Part shown: piece after piece, positions 49,355 to 61,780 of the stretch | Layout of the letters: the number at the start of each line of letters is the position of its first letter | How positions within the stretch are numbered: position 1 is the stretch's first letter | NCBI RefSeq assembly: GCF_018350175.1 | Contig: NC_058368.1 | Span: forward strand, 184,762,001 to 184,826,000 | Length of the DNA: 64,000 nucleotides | Source of the DNA: Felis catus | Lineage: Eukaryota | Reading direction: 5' to 3' | Notes under the pieces: model-generated | Databases searched by the model: none | What the model saw: the letters and a program-made list of their open reading frames with translations, nothing else | What the model was told of the DNA's origin: nothing | Made by a program: the position numbers and the translations under genes

Positions 49355-49470
49355 CTGTTGACCTGGTTTTCTGTCCCACCAGGTATCAAGCTCCTTGAAA
49401 GCAGAAACTGTGTCTCATTCACCTTCAGATCCCAAAAAGATGTGGAAGGTGTATAACATTTGTTGAACAC
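49355..49470 (+). mobile_element. L2 3' end fragment
   Basis: aagctccttgaaagcagaaactgtgtctcattcacctt...acatttgttgaa. Confidence 0.65.
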
Positions 49471-50481
49471 CTTATTGTTTGCTAAGCACTTAAAACTTAG
49501 TTCCGCAAACTGATCTGAGTGCCTGTAATGTACCAGGCCACATCCTCAAACCAGAAGAGAGGGACATCAACATCCCCGTCTTATAAAAGAAGAAATTCAA
49601 TTCAGAAAATTTAGATAAAAAACAATAGAAAAGAAAATTAAGATGAAAATGGTGAAGGCTCTTTTTTATTGTATTTTGTAATATGATTTCAAAAAATACA
49701 AAATATGAATCCAATATACATATTCTCCTGGAGTCTGGACTCAGAGAACACAAGAAAGAATGAGGGAGGTCAAAGTGTCAGCTCCCCAGTAAATTTATTG
49801 TTGTCTTCTGCACAATAAATTCCCATAACATAAACCATACATTGTAAATAAACCACAGTATGACACAGTTCTGACCCTGAGCAGATGTAAGTAAAATCTA
49901 GAATACAGTCATTTCTCAGAAGAAAAGTCTGGCCCAGAAAGACTCATTCCCCTTCTAAATTATTTAATACTTATTAATTGTATCCTGCGAATTAAAATGC
50001 TAAATTAAAATCCCCTACCTTTTACTCTTCAACACATGAGAGTGCAGCAAATAACTATGCTAAAACCAAACAGCTGCATCAAATTCATATATGCATGTAG
50101 ATCAAATCCATATAGATGGAGAGGTCAATGATAGAAAGATAAATCTATATATGAATGCAGATATTATAGGAAAATGTTAACTTCCTTCAAAAATCTGAAT
50201 ACTTGTTCTCAAAACGGTGGCATTAAAGGATAGCATACTTCTCTACCTTTGAAACGTTTCCGGCACAGGTTTTTCTACTATTTTTTTAAGTTTGGTGTTG
50301 TGATATCTTGCATATCAAGACATAAACACAACAAACTTATTTGCTGTAGGAGATATGGAACTCAAGGAGCAACCTTGAGTACTATGACAACATGCAACCC
50401 ACCCCCTGCTGGTTTTTCTGATCACAAAGATCCAACCCTTCCTGATAACTTGGGACCACTCTGGACCGGTGAGTACCTGAT

Positions 50482-50849
50482 GGCTATGGTATAAATGTTT
50501 GTGCCCCCCGCCCCCCAAATTCATATGTTGAAGTCTTAACCCCCAAAGATGGTATTAGGAGGTCGGGATTTTGGAGGTATTTAAACCATGAAGGGTGGAG
50601 AACCCATGAATAGGATTAGTGCCTTATAAAATAGGCTCCAGAGAGATCCCTGACCCCTTCTACCATATGATAACACAGCAAGAAGGCACTGACTATAAAC
50701 CAGGAAGAGGGCTCTCACCAGAATATGACCATGCTGGTGCCTTGATCCTGAACTTCCCAGCATCCAGAACTCTGAAAAATAGATTTCTGTTGTTTATAAG
50801 CTACCCAATCTCTGTTACCTCGCTAAAACAGCCCAAATGAACTAAAACA
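50482..50849 (+). mobile_element. MaLR solo LTR, MLT1A0-like
   Basis: gctatggtataaatgtttgtgcccc..aaattcatatgttgaa...ccatgctggtgccttgatc...cagcccaaatgaactaaaaca. Confidence 0.88.
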
Positions 50850-52061
50850 CTGATAAACCTTTGACAAATGCCCTCGGAGTTTGACATTTCTCTTGCCCAT
50901 TTCATTGCCTATTTGTTGGTTTTTATCTCTTGCAAGCTCCTCATTTAGGGTGTTATTCCATGAAGAGGGATGAAGAACCAACTTTACAGGATCCCACAGA
51001 AACTCCTAAAACAAAAAGACCCTCCATATAGAGCCCTTCAACCAAATCAGACACGTTAGCTCTTGCCTGCAGAATCCAGATTCACTCTCAAAGAACAAAA
51101 AGAAAATCTCACCTCTGAATATTCATGGAGAATTGTTGCTAAATTAGCACCAAACTAGATGTCTAATGATTAACTAGATGCTCTTGATAAAATATCCAAT
51201 CACAGCCTCACCTGGCAGTTATGCCTTGTTTTAGAGCACCTCTCAGAAGGGATGGCAAAGCATAACCCATTTTAGAAACTACCTTCTTCTCTATAAGAAA
51301 ACACATGTAAGCAATGAAATTCAATATTTACCCTGGATTCTTTTTCAAAGCAACTGTGAGCTTCTTGAGGAACCATGCATTTTTTATCCTGAACACCTGT
51401 CATGAGTTTTGGCACACCACTGGCTTCCAACAGATGTTGGACACGACTGACTGACAGAGAAGGTACTGAGATAAGACTAAGGCTAACATCACAGGTGAGC
51501 AAGAGGTATCACAAGTATATCTGTTTGCATATCAATTCCCAAAACTAGTGGAAGTGTTTTTAATGTTTAACTCGAATAAGACTCTAAGAATATGAAAGTA
51601 GTGACTTACCAAGCCTGATTCCTTAGTGTCAAGATGTAAGAATCTCAATCATTGCTGCAAAACCCAAGCACAGTTGAAAAGACAACAAAGAAACTTCACA
51701 CTTAACCATGTCAACAATTAACTTTTTTTTTGAAACATACAACACGTTTGAATTATTTGCTAGTCACTCAATCCTCTTGCATATTATAAGCTTTTGAGTT
51801 ATGCCAGTATTATAAATAATTCCTGGGCTTTTAAGCTTTTTTAAATACAAAAGAAAAATTACACATGTACTGGCACAGGGAGAAATGACACAGAAAGTCC
51901 TCATGACCCAGATTATGCCTACTGCTCTCTGATATTTTTTCTTCCATATCTTTTTCATTCAAGATCATGTATACCTTAGTTCAAAAATGGGAACCTATAT
52001 ACTGTACTGTTTTTAATTTGTGGGGTTTTTTTTCATTTTTGTTGTCTTTAATGCCTACACT

Positions 52062-52270
52062 TTTGTTGTTGTTATTGTTGTTGCTGTTGTTGTTTTAGAA
52101 AGAGAGCATGAATGGGGGAGAGGGGCAGAGGGAAAGAGAGAGAGAATCTCAAGTAGGATCCACACCCAGCATGGAGCCTGAAATGGGACTTGATGCCACA
52201 ATCAAGAGATTATGACCTGAGCCAAAATCAAGAGTTAAATTCTTAACTGACTGAGCCATCCAGGTGCCCC
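52062..52270 (-). mobile_element. CanSINE with (TTG)n tail
   Basis: Reverse-complement head and body; flanking taatgccta(c/t)actttt. Confidence 0.93.
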
Positions 52271-53789
52271 AATTTTTCTAATGCCTATACTTTTTAAAAT
52301 CAGATTAAAATGTTAAGTGATTAGCTAGCAACTACATACTACTTATTTTTCATAAGTAATGAACAACTGCATGATTTGTACATTTCAATACCCCAGTAAA
52401 GCTGAGGTAATATAGGCAGAGACTGATCTTGGTTCAGAAATACATCAAAACCTAAAACTCAGGTAGTATACCAGAGCTTGAGAGATTGTCAACAAAATGT
52501 TGAAATTTCCAATATACACTGACCCTTAGGTGACTCTGATTAACTGAAACCTTTTGCTTACAAGATAAGGAAGAATCTCTATTACCATATCAGCTCAACC
52601 AGTTGGGATGTGGACTATCTGACATCAGGGGTAAGAGTGGGGGTGGGGAGAATGAAAGAAAAAATTACACATTCAGACATTGTAGTGTATCAGCAGCAGA
52701 TTCCCAGACATACTACAGCATACAAGCCCATCAATTATATAAACTCCCAGCAAGTTCAAATAAAACAATAAACAAAGAAAAGGTCATCATATAACAGCAA
52801 AACAAGTCAGGGAAAACAACCACCAGTGTCAGGCAATGCTTGATCCAATCTAAGGTGGAAAATATCAGGAGAGGCAAAGACTGCTATTGGCTTTAAATCT
52901 TCAGGGGGTGCATTCCCTCTGATAACTGCAGTGCCTAGAAAGGCAGCAGTCAAAACCAGTAACCCTGGTGGCCCTTTCAGCCATGGCTCTCCCTCCCCAA
53001 ATTGGTTTGTCAGTGCGTGTATGTAGGTTCAGGAGCCTGGAATTTAGCTAATGGTCTGTGAAACATTAGAATGGGCTCCTAAAAACACAAAAAAGCTAAA
53101 TCTATGATTTACAAATTCTCCATGAGGTCCTCTTTTAGGAGAAAGCAATTTGATCTAAAGCTCAGATCTAGAATGAGTGTCTTTCTCAGGTGACATGGCC
53201 TGTCTGAAACCTGCGTAAATGATCATGGCATTTGCAGATTTCAGTTCCAAGGACTGGTCTAACCTCTTTGTTAGAAGTGTTTTGACTAGAAAGAATGCAC
53301 GGCTTTAAAAGTGGAAGTTATCACATATTTAAATATTGAGATAAATAATGTATGCTATTAAAATGATTTTAACTTGAGGTTGTCAAATTCCTGCTACTAA
53401 CGTATTTTGAGGGCTTTAACTCAAATCCCTGATACCTCGACTTTTCCTCATTTCCTGTGTATACCTTAGTGATGAAAAGTGATGGGATCATCTCATTCCC
53501 TTACTTAAAATCCTTCAGTGTCACCAAATCTAAACTTACCATGTTCAAATAGGTTCTTCCTGATCTGGGCAACCCTCTTCAACAACCCTAAATACACAAG
53601 GCGCATTCAGCCATATGCTGCTCCTTACAAACATCCACTATGTGCTACGTGGCTTCCCGTCTCTTCGACTTCGCACATGCTGCTCATTTACTCAGGTAAA
53701 ACTTTCCAAACTCCACAACCTTCCCTTTACCCCAACCTGACCATCTTCTAGGTAAACCCTCGCTCAGCACTGCTTCAGTAAAACAGAAC

Positions 53790-53995
53790 CACAAAATGGG
53801 GCTGGCTTTGGAACTAGTCAACTTTGATTTGCATCCTACTTCTACCATCTAGTAGTAAACTCCCTGTGCCTTTGTTTCCCCATCACCAAGATGTGAAAAG
53901 GAATAACACCTAGAGATATTGAGAGGTTAAATAAAGGAATACTTTAATCAGGTAGCTTTCAAAAACATACTTAGTGTTCAAAACTATTAGCTATT
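53790..53995 (+). mobile_element. MIR SINE
   Basis: ggctttggaact..catcctacttctacca..ctgtgcctttgtttccccatc..; ttagctattat. Confidence 0.6.
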
Positions 53996-54145
53996 ATCGC
54001 TGCTATCATCATTATCATCATCACTATCCTTTAATACTCCAGTTAAAGCTCTTTTTTTTTTTTTTGGCAAAAACCCTTTGCCAAACACAACCTCTTCTCA
54101 CAAACATGTCAATTACTTGTTTTTTCACCCATGAAACCTGACATA

Positions 54146-54612
54146 CAGTAGTCTACCCTTATCTGGGGGGACTACATTCCAAAGCCTCTAGCAGATGACT
54201 GAAACCACAGATAGTACCAAAATTTATATATACTATTTTTACCCTATATATACATAACTATGATAAAGTTTAATTTCTAAGTTAGGCACAGTAAGAGGTT
54301 GGCAACAATAACTAATAATAAAATTAGTTAGCGACAATAACTATAATAAAGTAGCACAATTATAACAATATACTATAATAAAAGCTATGTGAATATGGGT
54401 CTCTCAAAGTACCTCATTGTACTGTATTCTCCCTTCTTGTGATGATGGGACATGATAAAATGCCTGGGTGAAGTGAGGTGAATGATACAAGCATTGTGAT
54501 ACAGTGTTAGGCTATGACACGCCAGGAGAATCATCTGCTTCCAGACCATGGCTGACCACAGGGAACTGAAACCCTGTAAGGAAAACCATGGATGGGGACA
54601 CGGGTTCTACTG
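54146..54612 (+). mobile_element. TcMar-Tigger MER44-like DNA transposon
   Basis: Termini cagtag...ctactg flanked by TA dinucleotides (54144-45, 54613-14); tgaaaccacagatagtacc, tatgataaagtttaattt..ttaggcacagtaagag. Confidence 0.88.
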
Positions 54613-54654
54613 TACTTCTAATGTGGCTCTCAAACTGGATCAAAAGTTTTTTTG

Positions 54655-54655
<1 letters not shown>

Positions 54656-54692
<37 letters not shown>
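54656..54692. repeat. Poly(T) tract, 37 nt
   Basis: Read directly. Confidence 0.97.
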
Positions 54693-54695
<3 letters not shown>

Positions 54696-54699
54696 TATC

Positions 54700-54830
54700 T
54701 GTTCTCTCCCTGAAAGTTTCTCAAGAACAGTAACCACATCTCATTAATCTTGTATTCTCAGTGCCTAGCAGAGCCTGACATACAGGAGATACAAAAATAA
54801 ATATTAGCTGAATGAATCAATAATTGAATG
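54700..54830 (+). mobile_element. L2 3' end
   Basis: tgtattctcagtgcctagcagagcctgacatacagga..aataaatattagctgaatgaat. Confidence 0.75.
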
Positions 54831-55064
54831 AGTTCCTAAAAAGCCAAGTGACACCAAATGCTGATCAATCAAATCATGTATAAATGCGCCAGGAAATTGG
54901 ATATTCAGAGAAATAAGAAAACTTCACGGACTGGGTGAATAATAGAAAGCACATGGATTTAGGAGCCAGGCCTGCCTGTACTGGAATCCCAAATGATCCT
55001 CCTACAAGCTTTATGACATAGGCCAAGTTATTTAACCCCTGGGACCCTCTGCTTCCTCATCTTT

Positions 55065-55284
55065 TTTTTTTTTTTTTTTTAATGTTTATTTTTCACAGAG
55101 ACAGACAGACAGAGCATGAGCAGGAGAGGGGCGGCAGAGAGAGAGACACACACATAATCCGAAGCAGGCTCCAGGCTCTGAGCTGTCAGCACAAAGCCTG
55201 ACGCGGGGCTCAAACTCACAAACTGCAAGATCATGACCTGAGCCGAAGCTGGATGCTTATCCAACTGAGTCATCCAGGCGCCCC
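55065..55284 (-). mobile_element. CanSINE
   Basis: Poly-T, body, reverse-complement head; TSD tctgcttcctcatcttt. Confidence 0.95.
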
Positions 55285-55317
55285 TCTGCTTCCTCATCTT
55301 TAAGAAAATAACATCTA

Positions 55318-55435
55318 GGGGCGCCTAGCTGGCTCAGTCAGAAAAGCATGAGACTCTTGATCTTGGGGTCGTGAGTTCATGTCCCATGGTGAGTGTATAT
55401 ATTACTTGAGTAAATAAATAAAATTTAAAAAAAGA
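55318..55435 (+). mobile_element. Short old-type CanSINE
   Basis: ggggcgcctagctggctcagtca..gactcttgatcttggggtcgtgagtt; TSD-like aacatcta. Confidence 0.88.
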
Positions 55436-56449
55436 AAAGAAAACATCTACCTCATCAGGGAAACAATAAATAAGAAGACATCAAGTAAAGTAGCAGGGCC
55501 TAGAAGCAAGCATTCATTAACTATTTCCCTCGGTCTTTTACGAAGAACTATTTTTATAAATTTAATTATTACTCCGTTAATCTTTGTGTTAAATTTGAAT
55601 CTGCTGAAATGAGTCACAGAACTATACCATCATAGGAGTCAAGTTTTTGTTTTCTTGTCCTGTAGCATGTTCTTAAACACCCAGACATACATACCCCATC
55701 TGCTATCTACTAGGAAACCAAATTCCCATATTCGTGTGCTAGGGGCAAGTGTTTGCTTTAATTCATTTGGCTTCTACTCAAACCATTAATTTCAACCTCG
55801 GAATTTAGAAGATAAATTAGTAGTCGTTATCTGAGGTTCCAGGAACACAGGCTTAGACACAGACCTGAGAGTCCTAATTAATATATTCCTTAACATTGCA
55901 TTACAAACAAATCCATCAGCTCCATGTGTCTAGGGGAGATACAGCTGCAAGAAGAGAAGACGTGCTCAAGACAAATCTCACCTCTTTTGTTAATTGACCA
56001 GGTCTGACCATGATAATATAAACTTTTCACAGTTGCTCCGTTAAAAAAAAAAAAAATGGATCAACCATTTTCCCACCGATCAACTAGAGAATTTATACAT
56101 AAATGTCAAGATTAACAGATAAACCCATCCACTGCTATAGAAAGAACATAAATCACTCATGAATTCTACCAAGGTTTGGTAGGAAAGTTTTTAAAAAGGG
56201 GGGGCGTGGTTGGAAGTCACAGAATTTCTGGTTTCACAAGTCCAGGGCATTCCTGGTTTATCCCTAACTGTGCTCATTGTTCATTCTTGGCCCAAGAACG
56301 AAGGGAGCAAGTAGAAGTTGATATCACTGTTCCTATTCATAAACAGAGAAACTGAATTAAAACCACCCAAAACCTTGAGATCCACTTGACAGACCTGAAT
56401 CATATGCAGATATCAATCTGCTCTTTTAACCCCTAAAACCTAAATTTAA

Positions 56450-56680
56450 GGGGCAGCTGGGTGGCTCAGTCAGTTAAGTGTCCAACTTCAGCTCAAGTCA
56501 TGACATTGCAGTTTGTGAGTTTGAGCCCTGAGTCAGGATCTGTGCTGACAGCTCAGAGCCTGGAACCTGTTTCCGATTCCGTGTCTCCCTCTCTCTCTGC
56601 CCCTCCCCCGCTTGCATTCTGTCTCTCTCTCTCAAACATAAATAAACATTAAAAAAAACATTTTTTAAGTAAAAAATAAA
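56450..56680 (+). mobile_element. CanSINE
   Basis: Head, CT-rich body, A tail. Confidence 0.95.
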
Positions 56681-56684
56681 AATT

Positions 56685-56902
56685 TTTAAATTATTTTTTA
56701 ACGTTTATTTATTTTTGAGAGACAGAGAGACAGAGCATGAGCAGGGGAGGGGCAGAGAGAAAGGGAGACACAGAATCGGAAGCAGGCTCCAGGCTCTGAG
56801 CTGTCAGCACAGAGCCCGATGCAGGACTCAAACTCAAAAACTGTAAGATCATGACCTGAGCTGAAGTCGGGTGCTTAACTGACTGAGCCACCCAGGTGCC
56901 CC
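56685..56902 (-). mobile_element. CanSINE, tail-to-tail with the previous copy
   Basis: T tail, GA-rich body, reverse-complement head. Confidence 0.95.
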
Positions 56903-58296
56903 CCAAAAATAAATTCAATAGAATTGCAAGGGTAGCAGAATGGGAAACCAGTACGGTGAGAGTGGACACAGAATGTCTTCCACCTTGTGATATCATGTAG
57001 CAGCATCTATTGTACCTGCTGTAGATGCAGGTGCCACTGAAATTAGGAAACACACAATCCTCTCTCAGCTTCCCCAAAACTTAAAAATTTATGACTACTG
57101 AGTAAGTGGCCTACCTTTACTACGTTCCAACTCATGAGAGCATCAACAGAGACACAGGCTAAGATCTGTGTTTGGCTCACAGGAGGAACAGAAAAGAGGA
57201 AAAGCAACTTTGCAAAAGTATCTAACTAAAACTATAGTAGTGTGTCTATTAACAAACACCCCCAAAATAGAACTTTGGTCCAAAGAAATGCAAATTTATT
57301 TAAAGCATAAGCTACAAAATACAAGAGTTGGCATGTCAACACTACATACTGAAATTTAATCAAACTGAAAAGAACAGTTGATCTGTCTTCAAGAGAAAGG
57401 GAGGGGGTAGTATGTAATATCTTTAATATATGGATGGCTGGGTAAATGACTGTCGCACAGAAGGTTTATCTGTAAACACTGCAGTAAGTCTGGGGTTTTT
57501 AACCACAATAAATGGCTGGTTTCAATCAGCTGCTGCTAGCAGGAAATCCATGGCCCATAGGAGCAATTACCCATCTCTTGACTGAAGCACAGGGCAATTA
57601 CAAGCTCCCTAAGTACACTCACAGCACTGGAGCACACGCCTGCACGGTGCTAATGGAACTCGGACAAGAAACTGGTTTGTGGCTACATTTCTCAGTCTCA
57701 GCCCCTCGCCAAACCCTTTCATACTTCTCTTATCTCACAACACGGCAGCAGAGACAGAGAAACTGTGGTCTGCAAAACCAATATCGTCTTCACCCAAAAC
57801 ACAGACATTAGAGTTTTCTCTGCCCTGCATCCCCTATAAGCCCCTTAAATTTATTACACTCATCCTGACTTTTCAAAATGTACCAGGCCTTCATCTGTGG
57901 TTTTGCAGATGACTTCTTACCTGAGTCTCCCAGTCAGTATTTGGTGCTCATTACTGACCAGATCAGTTAGCCAAATCAGGATTTCTAATCTTAAGGAAGT
58001 GAAGAGGAGTCCGTCAGAGAAATAAATGGGAAAAATAATTACTCTTTTATTTCACCGTGAAAAATATGTCAACTAGGTATCCTTAGAGAAGTAACCTCTA
58101 TACAATTAGAAAAAGAAAAAGATAGTAAGCGGTCTATCAAGTTAACCTTCCATTTACATTGCATTTATAACAGGTAACATTTACTAAAGACCTAATGTAC
58201 CAAGCATTGCATTATGTGCTTCTAGTGTATTGTCACATTTAAGGCTCATAGTAACCCAAAGTGAATATCATGATCATCCTTATTTAAAGAATGAGA

Positions 58297-58380
58297 GGGG
58301 CACCTGGGTGGCTCATCTGACTCTTGATTTCAGCTCAGGTCGAGATCTCATGGAAAGCTGCCCCTTTCCAGCTTGTGCAA

Positions 58381-58444
<64 letters not shown>

Positions 58445-58463
58445 AAATAAATAAACAAAATAA
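58297..58463 (+). mobile_element. CanSINE, internally deleted, with (CT)n(CA)n
   Basis: Head and A tail; TSD taaagaatgaga (58285-58296, 58464-58475). Confidence 0.9.
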
Positions 58464-58480
58464 TAAAGAATGAGATAATG

Positions 58481-58669
58481 GAGGGGTTCTTGGGTGGCTC
58501 AGTTGGTTGAGTGTCTGACTCTTGGTTTCTGCTCTGGTCATGATCTCATGGTTCGTGGGTTCAAGCCCCACATGGGATGGGGGTGCTGCTTGGGATTCTC
58601 TCTCTCCCTCTCCTTCTGCCCCCCTCCAACTTCCATTCATGCTCATGCTTTTTCTTTCAAAAAAAAAAA
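58481..58669 (+). mobile_element. CanSINE
   Basis: Head, CT-rich body, poly-A; TSD aatgagata(a/c)tg. Confidence 0.92.
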
Positions 58670-59069
58670 AATGAGATACTGAAGACTCAGTTTAAGTGAT
58701 TTCCTCAAGACATTGCAGTTACATTGTGGATTCAGGACTTGAATCTGGTCTGTAACAGGTCAAATCTAGCTCTTAAATATCATATTATCCTACTCCTGAT
58801 GTTGGGTGGCTCTGTGAGAGAAGGTGAATAATTGGCAAAGCCACCTTATCATGCTCCCATGACAGACATTAACGATGAATCCCAACATCCTTTCCCACTG
58901 AGTGTAGACAAGATCACAGAATCTCTCTCATCATAGTACTTCAGAAAGCCAACTCCATTTGATGCCAACTCCATTTCAGGATTCCTCAGCATAGCAGCCT
59001 TGGCACAGTGCTTGACCCATCAGTAGGCATTCAATAAATGTTAGATTTTAACAGATGATTGTGTAAAAG

Positions 59070-59240
59070 GAACATACATAGTTCCTTTAGCCCCAAACAG
59101 ACCCATATTTAACTTCTGGCTCTACCATTTACTAATTACGTGATTTAAGCAACTTATCTAACTCTGAACTTACTTTCCTCAGAGTAAAATAAGGTTGTGC
59201 CAACCTACCTTGCCAAGCTGTTATAAGGATAAAATGAGAT
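59070..59240 (+). mobile_element. MIR SINE
   Basis: ctggctctaccatttactaattacgtgatttaagcaac..ctctgaac..tttcctca..gtaaaat..tgttataaggataaaatgaga. Confidence 0.7.
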
Positions 59241-61669
59241 GGTCTCTAGAGTTAAATCCTCCAGGAAAACGAGACCTCTTAATAATAATAAAAGATCATT
59301 AGTTTTGCATAAAACTTCTTGGGATCCCCAAAGACTGAAATAGATAAGAGCCATGCTCCTCAGAAGGAAAGTGGACTTATAAGTAATAGAGTATAGTGGG
59401 AATCCTGGAAATGGGACTCAGAATTAAACAGATCTTATATCCCAGGAAGGACAGATAGCATTAAATAACTAATAAAGAGAAGTGAAAAAGACATATGAAG
59501 TCCTGGATTGGAAGAAAACCTAAGGAAAATAATCAGTTTCTTCTTCTATGTCTTGGACCCAGCTAGCAAGACTGAATCTTTGTTTTCATCCATTGAGAAT
59601 CTCCTAAGAGACCAGAATAATGTATAGCATAAACCATGGGTTTAATTTTAAGGCAACTGGTCCTTCCCAGAATGTTGGTGATTGTGTCTTACTGGGAAAT
59701 GGGATACAGGCCCAACCACATATTATAAGGAGCACCGAGCACAGTGCTTGGCTCATAGTAAATGCTCAGTGCATGTTAATTCTCATCCTTGTGTTTCCAA
59801 AGAAAGAAGAAAACTTGGGCCTAGATTTGCTTCTCCAAAAGTACCTTAAATTCCTGCCTATGTATGAAATGCACCACCTCCACCCTGCCTCTCAGTAGCT
59901 AAGTAACGTCAAGGCAAGTGGAAGCAATAGTGTGCCTGATAGCTTCCAAGGAGTTGAGAGTACTGCAACAAAGGCTTGGAGTTCCCTTCCCCCAGCCCCT
60001 GTTTTATTCACGTATTTCCTATTTTCGCAAGCAATTATAAAAGCAGAGAAGATACTCTATTAGACAAATCTTCATTCATCCAGCACATCAAATCTGGACA
60101 GAAGTTGGCAGCAGAGAGTTGCTTAATCCCATAAGCCCCACGACGTGCATGGCATAGTCCTTTTCTGGGCTTTAGTGAATATAGAGAAAGGTAGATGCAA
60201 GGAAGCCAAAAACATTTGTACAACTAAGTCATAAAAGAGCTGATGGACTACACGTACCTTCACAGAACTGGTTTGGAAAAAAGAAATGACAGATATATAT
60301 GGGGAAAAAGATACTCTACAAGACAAGGAGCCCAAAACTCTTAAGTTTACTGTGATGGTCAACACTCTGATTCTCTTTCACATCCTCTTTTTCCCTTTAT
60401 TATCTTTCTTCTCAGTAGTTTGTGATTCAGGACTTGAATTTAGGCAATCGAAGGACATACCATGCCACTTTGCAGTTATGGATTCTCACTGCTGCCTACC
60501 CTCCCCATCCCACCATTGAAGATCCCCCTTTTGCTGAGATCACCTATTTCTATTGCCCACTAGGCTTATTTCCCAAATCAGAAATGTTTCCTGCTAAAGA
60601 GTCCACAGATACAGATTTTACAGAAATCTGAGGACACTCCTACTCCAATGTTTATAAAGGATTCTTTGGAAAAAACAAGATCTGGCATCTTTAAGACATT
60701 ATACTGCTAAAAAGCTTTTCAACTGTGGTATGACTTCACTTGAATTATTGAAAACAGAACAAATAGAAACATGCTCTGATGGATTTAAAAAGGTCAAATA
60801 CCTTTGATGACACTAGATAGCCAACAGTGTTACAGTTAACCTCATTTTTATGACAAAATTTGTTAGTTCGCCCCCCCTCCCGCCCGCCTTGGTTCACGGA
60901 TGCTATATCCCACATTACACCCTCACAAGGTACTGTGTTGTGACATTCACTCTGGACTCCTTAGACTACCAGCTCCCTACCCCTTTCCATTACCTTCCAA
61001 AAAAGTAGACACAAAATTAAGGGGAAATATCCAGCTTAAAGGGCAAAGATTTCTAGTAGAGGAAAAAGAGTGGGAAATGAATTATTTCAGACCAAAAGCA
61101 ATTATACTTTGAAGGCAGAAGCAGACATCTTCTGGCACAACTGTCAAGATGTTACAAAAAGATTAAAGGAGGGTTTTTTTTTGTCATTTAAAATCTGTTT
61201 CTGGTTCTCAAAAAAAAGGGGGGTCTGCTGTTCAGTTTGTGATTTTTAATAGGATTTCTCAATAGACTCCCTGCTTTTAAAAAGTATAAGGGAGAAAGAA
61301 GCAAAAAATTGAAGGCTATGTAACAAATACAGGCATGACTTTGATGCAGTATCATTCATTTTCACCATTCTGGTGGATTTAGACAAGATATTTGTGGGAG
61401 GTTATACCCTATACAATAACCTGTCAACAAAATATACTTATTGCAGAGACTTTTCAGGATTTAGGCTTCTACTGGGGTTAAAGTAGAAACATCAGATTAA
61501 TTTCTTTCAAAACTCTGGGAAGTTTTGCTCAAGGAGGCAGAGGCAAAGGATGATATTTTCCACTACTAACAATGTGCAAATCTCTCCCTATGCTTCAAAT
61601 GTCTGCTTCTATTCTGTCTTCATTCTTCAGGGTATGGGCTCCTTCAAGTCTCCCTTAAGTATTGCTTAT

Positions 61670-61780
61670 TGGGGAAGGTGGGTGATGGGTATTGAGGAGG
61701 GCACCTTTTGGAATGGTGTGTTGTACAACTGGGTGTTGTATGGAAACCAATTTGACAATAAATTTCATATTTAAAAACAA
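61670..61780 (+). mobile_element. 111-bp extreme 5'-truncated felid L1
   Basis: gtgggtgatgggtattgaggagggcacc...tggaaaccaatttgacaataaatttcata; perfect 13-bp TSD aagtattgcttat (61657-61669, 61781-61793). Confidence 0.93.

Larger units (their letters stand above)
54935..55520 (+). mobile_element. MIR interrupted by two CanSINEs
   Basis: aaagcacatggatttaggagccaggcctgcctg..gaatccc..aagttatttaacc..cttcctcatct | acatctacctca. Confidence 0.7.
58165..58790 (-). mobile_element. MIR interrupted by two CanSINEs
   Basis: taacatttactaaagacctaatgtaccaagcattg...ctcatagtaaccc... | atgagatactgaagactcag..ttaagtgatttcctcaag. Confidence 0.65.

Noticed and set aside
60250..60290. Minus-strand 10-nt microexon-like pattern (ccag|TTCTGTGAAG|gtacgt)
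   Set aside because: Not frame-preserving and very short; expected by chance given the many AG/GT pairs.
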